A DNA stretch of 64,000 nt, from assembly GCA_018304105.1 (NCBI GenBank), contig JAGVWX010000018.1:13336-77335 (forward strand). Reading direction: 5' to 3'. Of the stretch, positions 25,986 to 35,568 are shown one piece after another. The notes below the pieces were generated by a model that searched no databases, had not been told where the DNA came from, and worked only from the letters and a program-made list of their open reading frames with translations. Each line of letters starts with the position of its first letter. The stretch's first letter is position 1. The stretch is from Candidatus Pacearchaeota archaeon (GTDB lineage Archaea; Nanobdellota; Nanobdellia; Pacearchaeales; GW2011-AR1). Made by a program: the position numbers and the translations under genes.

Positions 25986-26215
25986 ACGAAAGGAGATCGG
26001 CGTGTTAACATTATTTCTAACGTTCTCGGATTTTTCACATAATCTGCTTTGGGTTATTTTTATTATGCGCCTTGATTTTAATCAAGGATTCGAAGTCTCT
26101 ACGGGGATAACAGTTAATTGGAAGAAGGTTTCACCGATATGAGCCGATTTTATTTTTCGTAAAATTACTTTTACGCAACGCCGTGTTTTCTGGTAATGTT
26201 TGTTTTACAATTTAA

Positions 26216-26329
26216 AAATTGCCTAAATTATCTGCTCGCTCCGCTCGATTTAATATTATCTAACCAACCTTTTCAGATTAAGTTATGATAATTAAGCGAA
26301 TGAAATGAGCTTAACAACTTGGCTATTTT
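26216..26329. repeat. Intron-borne repeat module, copy 2
   Basis: aaattgcctaaattatctgctcgctccgctcga...ttttcagattaagttatgataattaagcgaatgaaatgagc...ttggctatttt; roughly 85% identical to copy 1 by eye. Confidence 0.85.
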
Positions 26330-26999
26330 TCTCTGTAATTTTTATGCGCCGTCTAAAGAATCGCTGCTATTTGACGTTCTTAACCCAGCTAACGATCCCT
26401 TTTAATGCGTGAACTCCGACACCCTTGGTACCTTGTGCAGTACCAGGATAGGAAGAGCCGACAGCGACGCACCAAACCGCGCCGTCAATATGGACTATCG
26501 GGCGCGACCAGCCAATTATCCTTGGGGTACCTTTTCTGTCACGTGGGGTCGCTGAACCAGACTTTCATCTCTGCGTTCTTTGCTGTGCGAAACACAGTCA
26601 GTTAAGCTTTTGCTTCTGCACTCAACGTTAGATTTCCAACCTAACTGAGCTTAACTTTGGGCCCTCCAGATATCTTTTCTGGAGGGTGCCGCCCCAGCCA
26701 AACTGCCCGCCTGATGCTGTCCCCTCTAAGAGAGTGAGCAATGTTCAACGGAATGGGTAGTATTACAAGATCGCTCCGTCTTCGCCTAAGCTAGACATCG
26801 ATGCTCCTACCTATGCTATGCATTTCACTAAACACCGCAACAACAAGTTGCAGTAAAGGTCCACAAGGTCTCAGCTTCCCACTAGGAGTCACCGGCTTGT
26901 TCACCGGTAAAGTGAGTTCAGAAGGTTCTGGCTAGGGACAGTGACTACCTCGTTAAACCATTCATGCACGTCGCCATTCAGACGACAAGGCATTACGCT

Positions 27000-27463
27000 C
27001 ATTTTTGTTAACTTCATATCGCTATGAAGATCGGACTTTATCTTAATAATTAATTAAAATTATTTCGAGCATGAAGTCTCTGAGGGTTTTTCTTTTTCAA
27101 GAAATCTTCCCTGCTGATTGTCCGCACCGAACGAATTTTTACTAACGATAAATTGCTTAAATAATTTGCTCCGCATCTGTCTTTGACAAGATGCTCCGCA
27201 TAACTAAAATTATCTCGACTAACTTTGAAAGTTAAGTTTGGATAATTAGCGAGCGAAGCGAGCAATATCAATTTCGGCTATTTTATTTATCATTGAGTAT
27301 CGTCGGATTCCCGGATGTTCCAGCATATAGCTCGATTTTCTCTATTGGTTTAACTTTTAACTTCAACATTATTGTTACTGTTTATTTCTTTTTTCCTAAC
27401 TTGTGACTTAGAGCGTTACTCATCTTGCGACGAATACCGTAAGGCAGTTTAGTTGACTATTCA
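27000..27463 (-). other. 23S rRNA intron 2 (~460 nt, no credible ORF)
   Basis: The conserved ...CUAACUAUGAGGCUCUUAAGGU is separated from (A)GCGUAAUGCCUUGUCG..., which is contiguous in other 23S rRNAs. Confidence 0.7.
27203..27295. repeat. Intron-borne repeat module, copy 3 (left arm diverged or absent)
   Basis: ctaaaattatc...aactttgaaagttaagtttggataattagcgagcgaagcgagc...tttcggctatttt. Confidence 0.7.
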
Positions 27464-29546
27464 ACCTTAAGAGCCTCATAGTTAGGCCCGCCGTTTTACG
27501 GGGCTTAGGTCCATTGAACTGAACTTTGACACACCGCAACTGGGCAGGTCTCACTGAGTATACTAGTCCTTTAGGATTTGCACTCAGCTACGTTTTTGAT
27601 AAACAGTCGGGCAGTCCTTGTTACTGCGATCTACGAACGCGCTTAATGAATCAAACACGTCTATAGACACCCCTTATACCGAAGATACGGGGCCAATATG
27701 CCGAGTTCCCTTAACCAGTTTATCCTTACACGCCTTAGCCTTCTCAGCTAGAGCACCTGTGTCGGTTCTAGGTACGGCTGCTGCAATCCATAAAGCACAT
27801 ACTTTTCATGGGCTCCTGGAGTCAGCAAATTCATCAAGCATTCTTGCGCATCTATGCATTACGCTCAACGCCTTTCTACTTGATTGGAGCTCTCGCCCCT
27901 CTACTTATCCGAAAGCGATATGTGCGGAAAATTGCAACAGTTCTGGAATATTAACCAGAAATCCATTCGCCACAGCCAGTTAAGGTGTGACTTAGGTGCC
28001 GACTAACCCTTGGTTAAACGATAGTGCCAAGGAAACCTTGCTCTTTCGGCGTTGCCCGTTCTCAGGGCAATTAGATCTTACTTACACCACGATTCTCGTT
28101 GGATCCCGCTCCATGCACTCTCTCGAGAACACTTCTGCGCAGAATCCACGCCTGCCTACCAGAACACTCTTTCGAGTGCCTCTAAAGTATCGGTAATATG
28201 CTTAGCCCCGTCCATTTTCCCCGCCTCAAACCTCAATAGGTGAGCTGTTACGCTTTCTTTGAATGATGGCTGCTTCTGGGCCTACATCCCTAGTGTCTCA
28301 GGTTTAAGACTTAGTTTGTTACACTTAGCATATCTTTTGGGACCTTAACTTTAGTCTCGCTTGTTCGCGTCTCGGAACAGAACCTTACGCCCTGCCCCCC
28401 ATTCCTACTGTATACAGCCAACAGGTTCTGAGTTGGAAGAAGTCCCGTAATCTTGCGATCCTGCGGACCTTATCCGTACTTTACCCCGCTGGCAAGCACA
28501 GTAAGACTATACTACGGCATATTTCGACAGGAACCAGCCATTGCCGAATTAGATTGGCTTTTCACCCCTATTCCCAAATCATCCAAGCACATGCACATAG
28601 CACTGGTTCGGTCCTCCATTCTCCTTTCGAAAAACTTCGACCTGCTCAGGAATAGATCATCCGGCTTCGGGTCGTATCCATGTGACTAGCGCCCTTTCAG
28701 ACTCGCTTTCGCTATGGCTTCAATTTAACCTCGCCACATAGATACACTCCGTGGCCCATTTTTCAAAACGTACGTTACAACACCGTAATGCCGTAACCAT
28801 ATGTAACTGATAGATTTCAAGTCTTTTAACCCCCTATTATGGGTACTTTTCAGCTTTCCCTCGCGGTACTAAGTTCGCTATCGGACTTGGATTAATATTT
28901 AGGGTTGGCAGTTAATCCTGCCGTATTCAGACATCCATTCTAGGAAGCCCTACTCTGTCGGAGCATGCCATATTGTCTTCGAGTACGGGGCTATCACCCT
29001 TTGAAGCGTGACGTTCCAGTCAACTTCCCCTCGACAACTTAGGCTCAACTCCACCACATCTCTAACTTCCTTTCGAAAGCAGATTCGGTTTGCCCTATTC
29101 CCGTTTCGCTCGCTGCTATTCAGGGAATCTCTATTGATTTCTTTTCCTACCGGTACTAAGATGTTTCAATTCCCGGCGTGTGTCTCCCTCTCGGGATTTT
29201 CAAAGAACACGTTTTCGCATTCGGAGATCCTTGGTTCAAAGCTCGCATGCAGCTCCCCAAGGCTTATCGCAGCTTGCCACGTCCTTCATCACAATCCAAA
29301 CCAAGCTATCCATCTAACAGCTTAAATAAAATAAAATCTTGATAAAAAACTGATTTAGTTTTTTTCCTTCCGATTCCTAATTGTGGAAACTATTGCCTTT
29401 CCTACTTGCTTCATTGAATATAACCTCTGCATGATATTCTACCGTCGGTAAAACACCATTATCACTAAATAAGTGAAAATGATTTATGACATTATGATTT
29501 ACGATTTTGGTTTCCTCCGAAGAGTAAATTGTTAGATTAACGAGGG

Positions 29547-29554
29547 TATTTAAA
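29547..29554 (-). promoter_or_regulatory. Candidate TATA box (TTTAAATA on the minus strand) upstream of the 23S rRNA
   Basis: Matches the archaeal TTTAWATA consensus, preceded by AAAACG (BRE-like), about 220 nt upstream of the mature 5' end. Confidence 0.3.
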
Positions 29555-29566
29555 CGTTTTGGGAAG

Positions 29567-30349
29567 TTAAGGCTGTTGAACTTGCAGATTTTTCTTCTTA
29601 ACAAGTAAACTAATGGAAAAAAGAATTAAACCTATTGAAAAAAGAATTGCGAAGCCAGCAACCATGACGAGAAGGAAGGTTGAGATTAAAGAAGTTATTC
29701 CGTCTAAGACGGTTGATTGGGAAAGAGGCGTTAAAATTTCCGGAGGAATTGAATTCTGAATTTGGTGTTGAACCTTTTCTAAAATGAAAGGTTTTGAAAT
29801 AAGCAAAGCTATGAAAGGTGAGCCGACGATTATGCCAACCATGCCGAATGTTCTGAACGGAAATCCCCAAGAAATTAAAATAATTGCTATGACTAGAACG
29901 AATGAAATGATTATTGAAATCCAAATAGCAGGAGTTACATATTTTAGAGGTTTTGTTGATTCCTCTAGAGATTCCGAAATAAAATTCATGACGTAATCTT
30001 TTATCGTGCCTTTCATTTTTACAAGAAATTGTTCGGGAGTTGCGCTTCGGACTTCGTCGCAGTTCATGTAAATTTTGTTCTCGTCCTGGCTGGCTATTTC
30101 ATAAACATTGTTTGTTTTGCAAACCTCTAATGCATATTTGTGCGCTGCTTCTGTTTTTTCTGCCGTATAATCTGTAAAGGACTGGTCGACTTTTGCCCCG
30201 ACAAATGGCTCGATATTTTCATTAACGGTTGCGTTGAGGGTGCGCTCGTTAATCGTGGTGGCGAATGACAAAGAGATTACAGATATGGACAGAAAGAGAA
30301 TTAGAAGAAAATTAAGAATCCAGATGAATAAATTTTTTATAAGACTCAT
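29567..30349 (-). CDS. Membrane protein
   Basis: N-terminal signal anchor, extracellular domain and 3-4 C-terminal TM helices. Confidence 0.6.
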   Translation of the reverse strand: MSLIKNLFIWILNFLLILFLSISVISLSFATTINERTLNATVNENIEPFVGAKVDQSFTDYTAEKTEAAHKYALEVCKTNNVYEIASQDENKIYMNCDEVRSATPEQFLVKMKGTIKDYVMNFISESLEESTKPLKYVTPAIWISIIISFVLVIAIILISWGFPFRTFGMVGIIVGSPFIALLISKPFILEKVQHQIQNSIPPEILTPLSQSTVLDGITSLISTFLLVMVAGFAILFSIGLILFSISLLVKKKNLQVQQP

Positions 30350-30384
30350 GACTAAAAGAAAATGAGAGATTTAAAAAATGTTTG

Positions 30385-30753
30385 CTAGGCGAAAAGGTCT
30401 GGATTTACTTCTGTGCGCGGCTTGGGTGGAGGGGTTTCTCGTGAATAAATTATGACATCGATTGGAAAATAATCTGGCGAGTATCTTAATGAGGCAACCT
30501 TGCCATTGAAAGAATTTCCTATTGCTTCATCTAATGCCCTAGCTTCTCCAGGTGTTAATTCGCATTTAATTCTACTCAGTTCAACACCGTTCGCAGTAAT
30601 TCTTCCAGTTGCGTGATAAACAATTTTTCTTTTTGTAACCATTAAAATTGGTTGAATATTTTGTTTAAAGAGTTGTATATGGGACTTTGTGGAACAAAAT
30701 GGACTCATCAAGTCTGAACGAAGTTCAGACATTCGAACGTCGCTACGCGCCAT
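30385..30753 (-). CDS. Hypothetical protein (true start probably MVTKRK at 30642)
   Basis: ORF only; the long form would almost abut the tRNA-Ala 3' end. Confidence 0.4.
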   Translation of the reverse strand: MARSDVRMSELRSDLMSPFCSTKSHIQLFKQNIQPILMVTKRKIVYHATGRITANGVELSRIKCELTPGEARALDEAIGNSFNGKVASLRYSPDYFPIDVIIYSRETPPPKPRTEVNPDLFA

Positions 30754-30777
30754 TCGAGGGTAAACCCGATTCGTCTA

Positions 30778-30848
30778 TGGACTCATCGGGAATCGAACCC
30801 GAATCTCCTCAGTGCAAGTGAGGTATCCTACCATTGAACTATGAGCCC
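30778..30848 (-). tRNA. tRNA-Ala (UGC)
   Basis: Minus strand GGGCUCAUAGUUCAAUGGUAGGAUACCUCACUUGCACUGAGGAGAUUCGGGUUCGAUUCCCGAUGAGUCCA. Anticodon loop cuUGCac; the G3:U70 alanine identity pair is present. Confidence 0.9.
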
Positions 30849-30940
30849 ATTGTAATTCTGATTAGTTGGGAAAAGAAGAGTGGTTTTTAAGTTTTTAGTT
30901 TATTGAAAAATTTTATTAATGATAAAGCATAATTAATTTA

Positions 30941-31429
30941 ATGAAATTAGAGATTGAATTAGTACCAAAAAGCTCATGGTATAGAAATTTGAGAAGCGGT
31001 TTATCAAGAGATGAATGGAATAACATAAGAAAAGAAGTTTACAAAAAGGCAGGCCATAAGTGCGAAATCTGCAAATTACAAGGGAAATTGTTTTGCCATG
31101 AGCTTTGGAATTACGATGAAACAAGAGATATGCAAAAACTTATGGGGTTCCAAGCATTATGTGAAAAATGTCATTATATAAAACATTTAGGATTAGTAAA
31201 CGTAAAAATTGCTTCTTGTGAACTGCCTAATAATTTTATAGATATTTTGACCGATCATTTTTGTAAAGTGAATAATTGCAGTAAAGAAGATTTCAAAGCG
31301 CACGAAGAAAGTTCATATAAGAAATGGATTAATATGTCAAAAAAGAACTGGACGGTAGAACTTACCGCATGGAAAAATAGAATGCACAACAAACAGAAGA
31401 CCTTGGAGAATTTTTATGAAGATAAATGA
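30941..31429 (+). CDS. Zn-binding HNH-like protein
   Basis: HKCEICKLQGKLFCHELWNYDE...ALCEKCHYIKHLG gives a CxxC...H...CxxCH arrangement. Confidence 0.5.
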   Translation: MKLEIELVPKSSWYRNLRSGLSRDEWNNIRKEVYKKAGHKCEICKLQGKLFCHELWNYDETRDMQKLMGFQALCEKCHYIKHLGLVNVKIASCELPNNFIDILTDHFCKVNNCSKEDFKAHEESSYKKWINMSKKNWTVELTAWKNRMHNKQKTLENFYEDK

Positions 31430-32996
31430 TTCTTTTATAAAAAGAAAGTTTGGAAAGGAAATTGCAAAAAGGGGATATGATTATTACAAAGAAAGAAGTA
31501 TCTCAAATTTGATAAAAGAAGGCAATAAGTTTTCTGCAACCGTTTTGGGTTCTGATGATTATACGACGGAAATAGAGATAGGAGAAAACTCAATACGAGT
31601 AGGCTGTGATTGTCCATATGAAGGAGAATTCTGTAAACACGGCGCTGCTGTACTTTACGCTGCCATAAACGAAAAAATAAAAGAGCCGAGGTTTAAAGAA
31701 GTCTTAGAAGGCAAAACAAAAGAAGAGCTGATAGAATATTTATTATTTATTCTGAAAGAAGAACCAAAGTTTGCGTCTAGAATTAACTTAAGAAAATCTA
31801 ATTTACAAAAGGAGATTGAAAAGTTGACATTTGGTTATCATGATTATCATGAAACAAGGGCAGCTGTAAAGGAACTGAAAGGAATACTGCGCGGGGTAGA
31901 GTTTGCAAGCAAAAACGATGTTTCTAGCAGTGATATGATAAAGAAAATGGAATTGTGTATAAAGATTTTGCTTAAAGGAATTGAATCTTTTGATGATTCG
32001 GATGGCCTTTATGGAGAGTTTATTGGAAGTTGGGTGAAGCTATACTCTGAACTTTTCAAAAAATCTGACTTGTCTAGTAATAAAGAAAAAAGAGAAGAAT
32101 TCGTTGAAACAATATTGAATTATGGCATTAAGAACGATTATGGGCTTGAAGACTATTTCTACGATGCGATTTTAGAATTTATTGACGAAAGCGATCTGGA
32201 TTTTGCAGAAGCAAAAATTCGTGGTAGAATAGATTCTACAAAAGATAAATATGACAAAGATACACTAATCAATCTACTTCTTGAGATTTACAGTAAATTT
32301 AACTTGAATGATGAATTTATTCATTTGGCTAAGGCATATGGGCAAGCTGAAGAGTTAATTGAGAAGTTAATAGAACTTAACAATCTAGATGAAGCCCTCA
32401 GGCTATGCGACAATCAAATCAAAAATCTGAATGGGGATGAAGAATTTAAAAAAAATGATCTACTCAAATTAAAAAGTAAGATTTTAGAGAAAGTCGGAGA
32501 CGATATTCCAGCAATAGAAAATCTTTTTTACTATGTAACAGAAAATCCTACAGAATATGAATCAATAAAAAAATTGAAACAGCTTTGTCTTGCCAAAAAT
32601 ATTTGGGTAGAATGGAAAGAAAAATTGATTGATTATCTCGACAGAGATGGTGACAAGTACCCCTTAGTTAAATTCTGTCTTTTTGAAAAAGAATATTTGA
32701 AAGCTTATGAAACTGCAATGTTTATGTGTCAAGAACATCCTCGTGCTGTTGAAAAGACAGCAATTGTGATCGAAAAAGATTATCCGAATGAATCTGCTGA
32801 CTTATATCAAAGATTAGCTAAACAGGTAATAAGCTATGCTGCTGGAAGAGACTCGTATAGGAGTGCAGTAGAATGTTTGAAAAAAGCTCTTATACTTTCC
32901 GATAACAAAAATAAAGTTATCAAATTGATTAGTAGTATTAGGAAAGCAAATCCGAAAAAATATGCTTTGCTGGAAGAATTAGGAAGGATAAAATAA
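31416..32996 (+). CDS. SWIM zinc-finger protein with a long helical C-terminal region
   Basis: VGCDCPYEGEFCKHGAAV matches the CxCx(n)CxH SWIM motif; 14-nt overlap with the upstream gene. Confidence 0.65.
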   Translation: MKINDSFIKRKFGKEIAKRGYDYYKERSISNLIKEGNKFSATVLGSDDYTTEIEIGENSIRVGCDCPYEGEFCKHGAAVLYAAINEKIKEPRFKEVLEGKTKEELIEYLLFILKEEPKFASRINLRKSNLQKEIEKLTFGYHDYHETRAAVKELKGILRGVEFASKNDVSSSDMIKKMELCIKILLKGIESFDDSDGLYGEFIGSWVKLYSELFKKSDLSSNKEKREEFVETILNYGIKNDYGLEDYFYDAILEFIDESDLDFAEAKIRGRIDSTKDKYDKDTLINLLLEIYSKFNLNDEFIHLAKAYGQAEELIEKLIELNNLDEALRLCDNQIKNLNGDEEFKKNDLLKLKSKILEKVGDDIPAIENLFYYVTENPTEYESIKKLKQLCLAKNIWVEWKEKLIDYLDRDGDKYPLVKFCLFEKEYLKAYETAMFMCQEHPRAVEKTAIVIEKDYPNESADLYQRLAKQVISYAAGRDSYRSAVECLKKALILSDNKNKVIKLISSIRKANPKKYALLEELGRIK

Positions 32997-33437
32997 ATGA
33001 AAGATGAGCCTGATGAAAAATTAATAGAAAAGTATAACAAAATTTATAAGTCCAAATGCGAGTTATATAAACTTCTGAAGGGGGTTGGAAAATCTACGAA
33101 GTTGGGAAGATTTTTGCATAACGATGACGATTACTACAGCATTAATTTCGGTGGTGCAGAGGTTAGTTCTTCTTTGGAATATGGACATGTAAGATTTACT
33201 GTATGTATTGAAGCACCTCACAAGTGGAGGGAATACGAATTCGATGACGATTTAGAGATGATCCTTGGTTTAACAAAGGAAATAAAGATTCGATTTAAGG
33301 AGTTTCAGGTGAAAAGGGGCAAGAATAAATTTGAATATGCAAAAGCAAAGAAGAAATTTGCTAAGGAAATTTTTGATAAGCTAGCCACTCCTTTCTTGAA
33401 TGGAAAATTTATAGATTCAGAAATGAAAATTGTGTAG
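32997..33437 (+). CDS. Hypothetical 146-aa protein, third gene of the SWIM operon
   Basis: The ATG directly abuts the SWIM gene stop. Confidence 0.5.
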   Translation: MKDEPDEKLIEKYNKIYKSKCELYKLLKGVGKSTKLGRFLHNDDDYYSINFGGAEVSSSLEYGHVRFTVCIEAPHKWREYEFDDDLEMILGLTKEIKIRFKEFQVKRGKNKFEYAKAKKKFAKEIFDKLATPFLNGKFIDSEMKIV

Positions 33438-33485
33438 GGGCAGATTTTTGTTTTGTTAAATTGTTTTAAGATTTTGCATATCGAA

Positions 33486-33794
33486 TTAAAATTCTAAACT
33501 GGAGTCTGCAATGTTTCTTCCTTCTTTATCTGTGTGGTAAGAAAAGCTTTCTGGCTTAATTTTTCCGTTGGAATATGAAAGTCCGAAGATTTCGGTTTGT
33601 CTTCTTCTTTGAAATGAAACGCCTAGTGCGTAACCTTGGTCAATGCGACCGCAAGCGAAAGTCCAGGAAGGCCAGCCAGATTCTCTTAGATTTGCTTCAG
33701 GAATAAAATGCTTATTCACGTCTCTGTTTGCTAAGCATCCTGCGAAAAGAAGTGGCAGTGCAAGATAAATTATTTTTTTCTTAACTTTTCCCAT
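33486..33794 (-). CDS. Small lipoprotein
   Basis: Lipobox MGKVKKKIIYLALPLLFAGC. Confidence 0.55.
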   Translation of the reverse strand: MGKVKKKIIYLALPLLFAGCLANRDVNKHFIPEANLRESGWPSWTFACGRIDQGYALGVSFQRRRQTEIFGLSYSNGKIKPESFSYHTDKEGRNIADSSLEF

Positions 33795-33845
33795 GATAAT
33801 TAGACTATGGGCGAGGATTTAAGGCTTGCGATTGGCTGTTTGACG

Positions 33846-34397
33846 CTACCCGGTTACGAGATTGTTGTCAGAAAAAGCCAGCAGATATTTTTCTAAACTG
33901 GAAAAAAGAAGATAAAAGATTCCAGATAGTAGTGTTACAATAAAAAATATGACTATTATCAAGTACATAAGAGCTGCATTGGACGCTTCGAACTTGCTTC
34001 CAAGAATAAATGATAAGAAAGCTATCGCATAAACAACGGTGATGAAAACTACAAGAAGGATAATCTTTCTTTTGGCAGTTTCTCTTGTTTTATTTGGAGG
34101 TGTTTTTGAAAATTTCGACCAGATTATTTTACCAAGTGTAGGAATTAGTGCAATAAATGAAAATATCTTCAATATATCACCAAAATTGATTGAAAATTTC
34201 TCTTCGGTGGTTTTAGGAACAATGAATGAAAATAATCTAAAGAACTGCACAGAAAAATCTTGCAAGCCAAGGTTAATTAGTATCACAAAGAATACTGCAA
34301 CTGTCCCAAAAATTAAGCCTGTGAGAAAAAAGTAGGAGATGTAGCTCATGACAACTGATACAATCAACTTGAAAAATAAAAAACGAGACTCTTCCAT
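33846..34397 (-). CDS. Membrane protein (4-5 TM)
   Basis: Hydrophobic helices. Confidence 0.55.
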   Translation of the reverse strand: MEESRFLFFKLIVSVVMSYISYFFLTGLIFGTVAVFFVILINLGLQDFSVQFFRLFSFIVPKTTEEKFSINFGDILKIFSFIALIPTLGKIIWSKFSKTPPNKTRETAKRKIILLVVFITVVYAIAFLSFILGSKFEASNAALMYLIIVIFFIVTLLSGIFYLLFSSLEKYLLAFSDNNLVTG

Positions 34398-34432
34398 TGT
34401 TTGTTCAGGATTTCTTTGATTTTAAATTCTTC

Positions 34433-34478
34433 TAGAAAACACAAAAATGTTAACTTCCATTTCTCTTTTGAAAAAAAT
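34433..34478. repeat. ~45-bp direct repeat, left copy (tagaaaacacaaaaatgttaacttccatttctcttttgaaaaa)
   Basis: Matches 35566-35610 with 2 substitutions and 1 indel. Confidence 0.85.
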
Positions 34479-34495
34479 AAATTTTATTTGATCTC

Positions 34496-35218
34496 CTATT
34501 TTGCCCGAAAAATAGAAAGAAACCATTTGACTGGGAGAAAGAGTCTCTTCATTTTATTATAAAATTCCATCTTTGCCGTGTAAAGTTTTGGATGCACTAC
34601 GTTGATAAATTCGGCTTGCTGGAATTTATTATTATTCTTGACATAAAGGAGCATGTTTTGAGAATACCAGAAGGCCACTTCAGGGTTGTTCCATATCTTG
34701 CTTCTTATATAATCCATTGGAACATACCCTTCTTTTTTAAACAAATTCGCCCAATAATCTTGCCATTGCTCATTGAGATGGCTAGTTCCCCCTTGGAATG
34801 GAATAGCCGCAGAAAATAAAATGTTATCCCCCAGCTTTGTAAGTTGTTTAACAAACATTTTCGACTTTTCTGGTCTGAGGTGTTCTGCAACTTCTAAAGA
34901 AATAACTAAGTCAAATTTGCGATTGAGATTTAATGATTCTTCTAAATTGTGCATCCTGAAATTCTTTTCGGGGATTTCTAATCGGGTTTTATCCACCCAA
35001 GGCCCGTCTATTCCAATAAAATCTCTCACTCCTAATTCGCTAAAGACTTTTAGAAATTCTCCTTCGCCACAGCCAACATCAACGATGCTTTTGGACTTTA
35101 AAATGTCTAACACAATGGGCGCAATTACCTTAGCTGACTTGATTGTGGCTCCTTTTTTCTCACGGAAAAACTCTCCTCCATAGCTTTCAGTTAATTTATT
35201 CTTGCTATTTTGCTTCAT
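34496..35218 (-). CDS. Class I SAM-dependent methyltransferase
   Basis: Motif I IVDVGCGEGEF and motif II DLVISLEVAEHL. Confidence 0.75.
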   Translation of the reverse strand: MKQNSKNKLTESYGGEFFREKKGATIKSAKVIAPIVLDILKSKSIVDVGCGEGEFLKVFSELGVRDFIGIDGPWVDKTRLEIPEKNFRMHNLEESLNLNRKFDLVISLEVAEHLRPEKSKMFVKQLTKLGDNILFSAAIPFQGGTSHLNEQWQDYWANLFKKEGYVPMDYIRSKIWNNPEVAFWYSQNMLLYVKNNNKFQQAEFINVVHPKLYTAKMEFYNKMKRLFLPVKWFLSIFRAK

Positions 35219-35295
35219 GTTTTATTTATCAATTATTTACATTACACCAATATTAGTTTGCTAAATTCTTATATAAATCTTACCAAAGTTGGTGT

Positions 35296-35568
35296 ATGCA
35301 TAGAACTCTACCTTTAAAGAATCAGAAAATTTTTGAGAAGATTTGTGAGTTATCAAACATAAGCAAATTTAAGATTGTAGAGTTGACTCAAGATAAGGAA
35401 ATGAGTATAACAATTCTTTCCAAAGAAGCAAATTTGGCTTTCAATAAGTGTTCTAATTATTGTTCTTCACTTGAAAATTTTGGATTGGTTACAAAGCACA
35501 AAGAAGGAAAAGAAGTTTTTGTAAAAAGCAACCTGAATTTAGACAAACTCTTTATGCTATTAATTTAG
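35296..35568 (+). CDS. Winged-helix (ArsR-like) DNA-binding protein
   Basis: KFKIVELTQDKEMSITILSKEANLAFNKCSNYCSSLENFGLVTKHKEGKEVF. Confidence 0.45.
   Translation: MHRTLPLKNQKIFEKICELSNISKFKIVELTQDKEMSITILSKEANLAFNKCSNYCSSLENFGLVTKHKEGKEVFVKSNLNLDKLFMLLI

Larger units (their letters stand above)
25813..26372 (-). other. 23S rRNA intron 1 (~560 nt, no ORF)
   Basis: The exon sequence ...GGGUUAAGAACGUC resumes as GUGAGACAGUUUG... only after 560 nt. Boundaries are +/- 2 nt because of a shared C/G. Confidence 0.75.
25540..29330 (-). rRNA. 23S rRNA with two introns (ends +/- 15 nt)
   Basis: Reverse complement contains GGGAAUUGAAACAUCUUAGUACC, GCGUAAUGCCUUGUCG, GACCUUUACUGCAAC, GCUGGGUUAAGAACGUC / GUGAGACAGUUUG, UUUAGUACGAGAGGAAC (sarcin-ricin loop) and CUGAAAGCAUCUAAGAACG. 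Confidence 0.92.

Noticed and set aside
26405-29325. Track ORFs inside the 23S rRNA: 26405..26605, 27050..27271, 27618..27983, 27996..28196, 28052..28243, 28453..28689 and 29008..29325.
   Set aside because: They overlap conserved rRNA sequence or intron RNA and have no start context or protein motifs. 27050..27271 lies in intron 2 but overlaps the repeat module and has no endonuclease motif.
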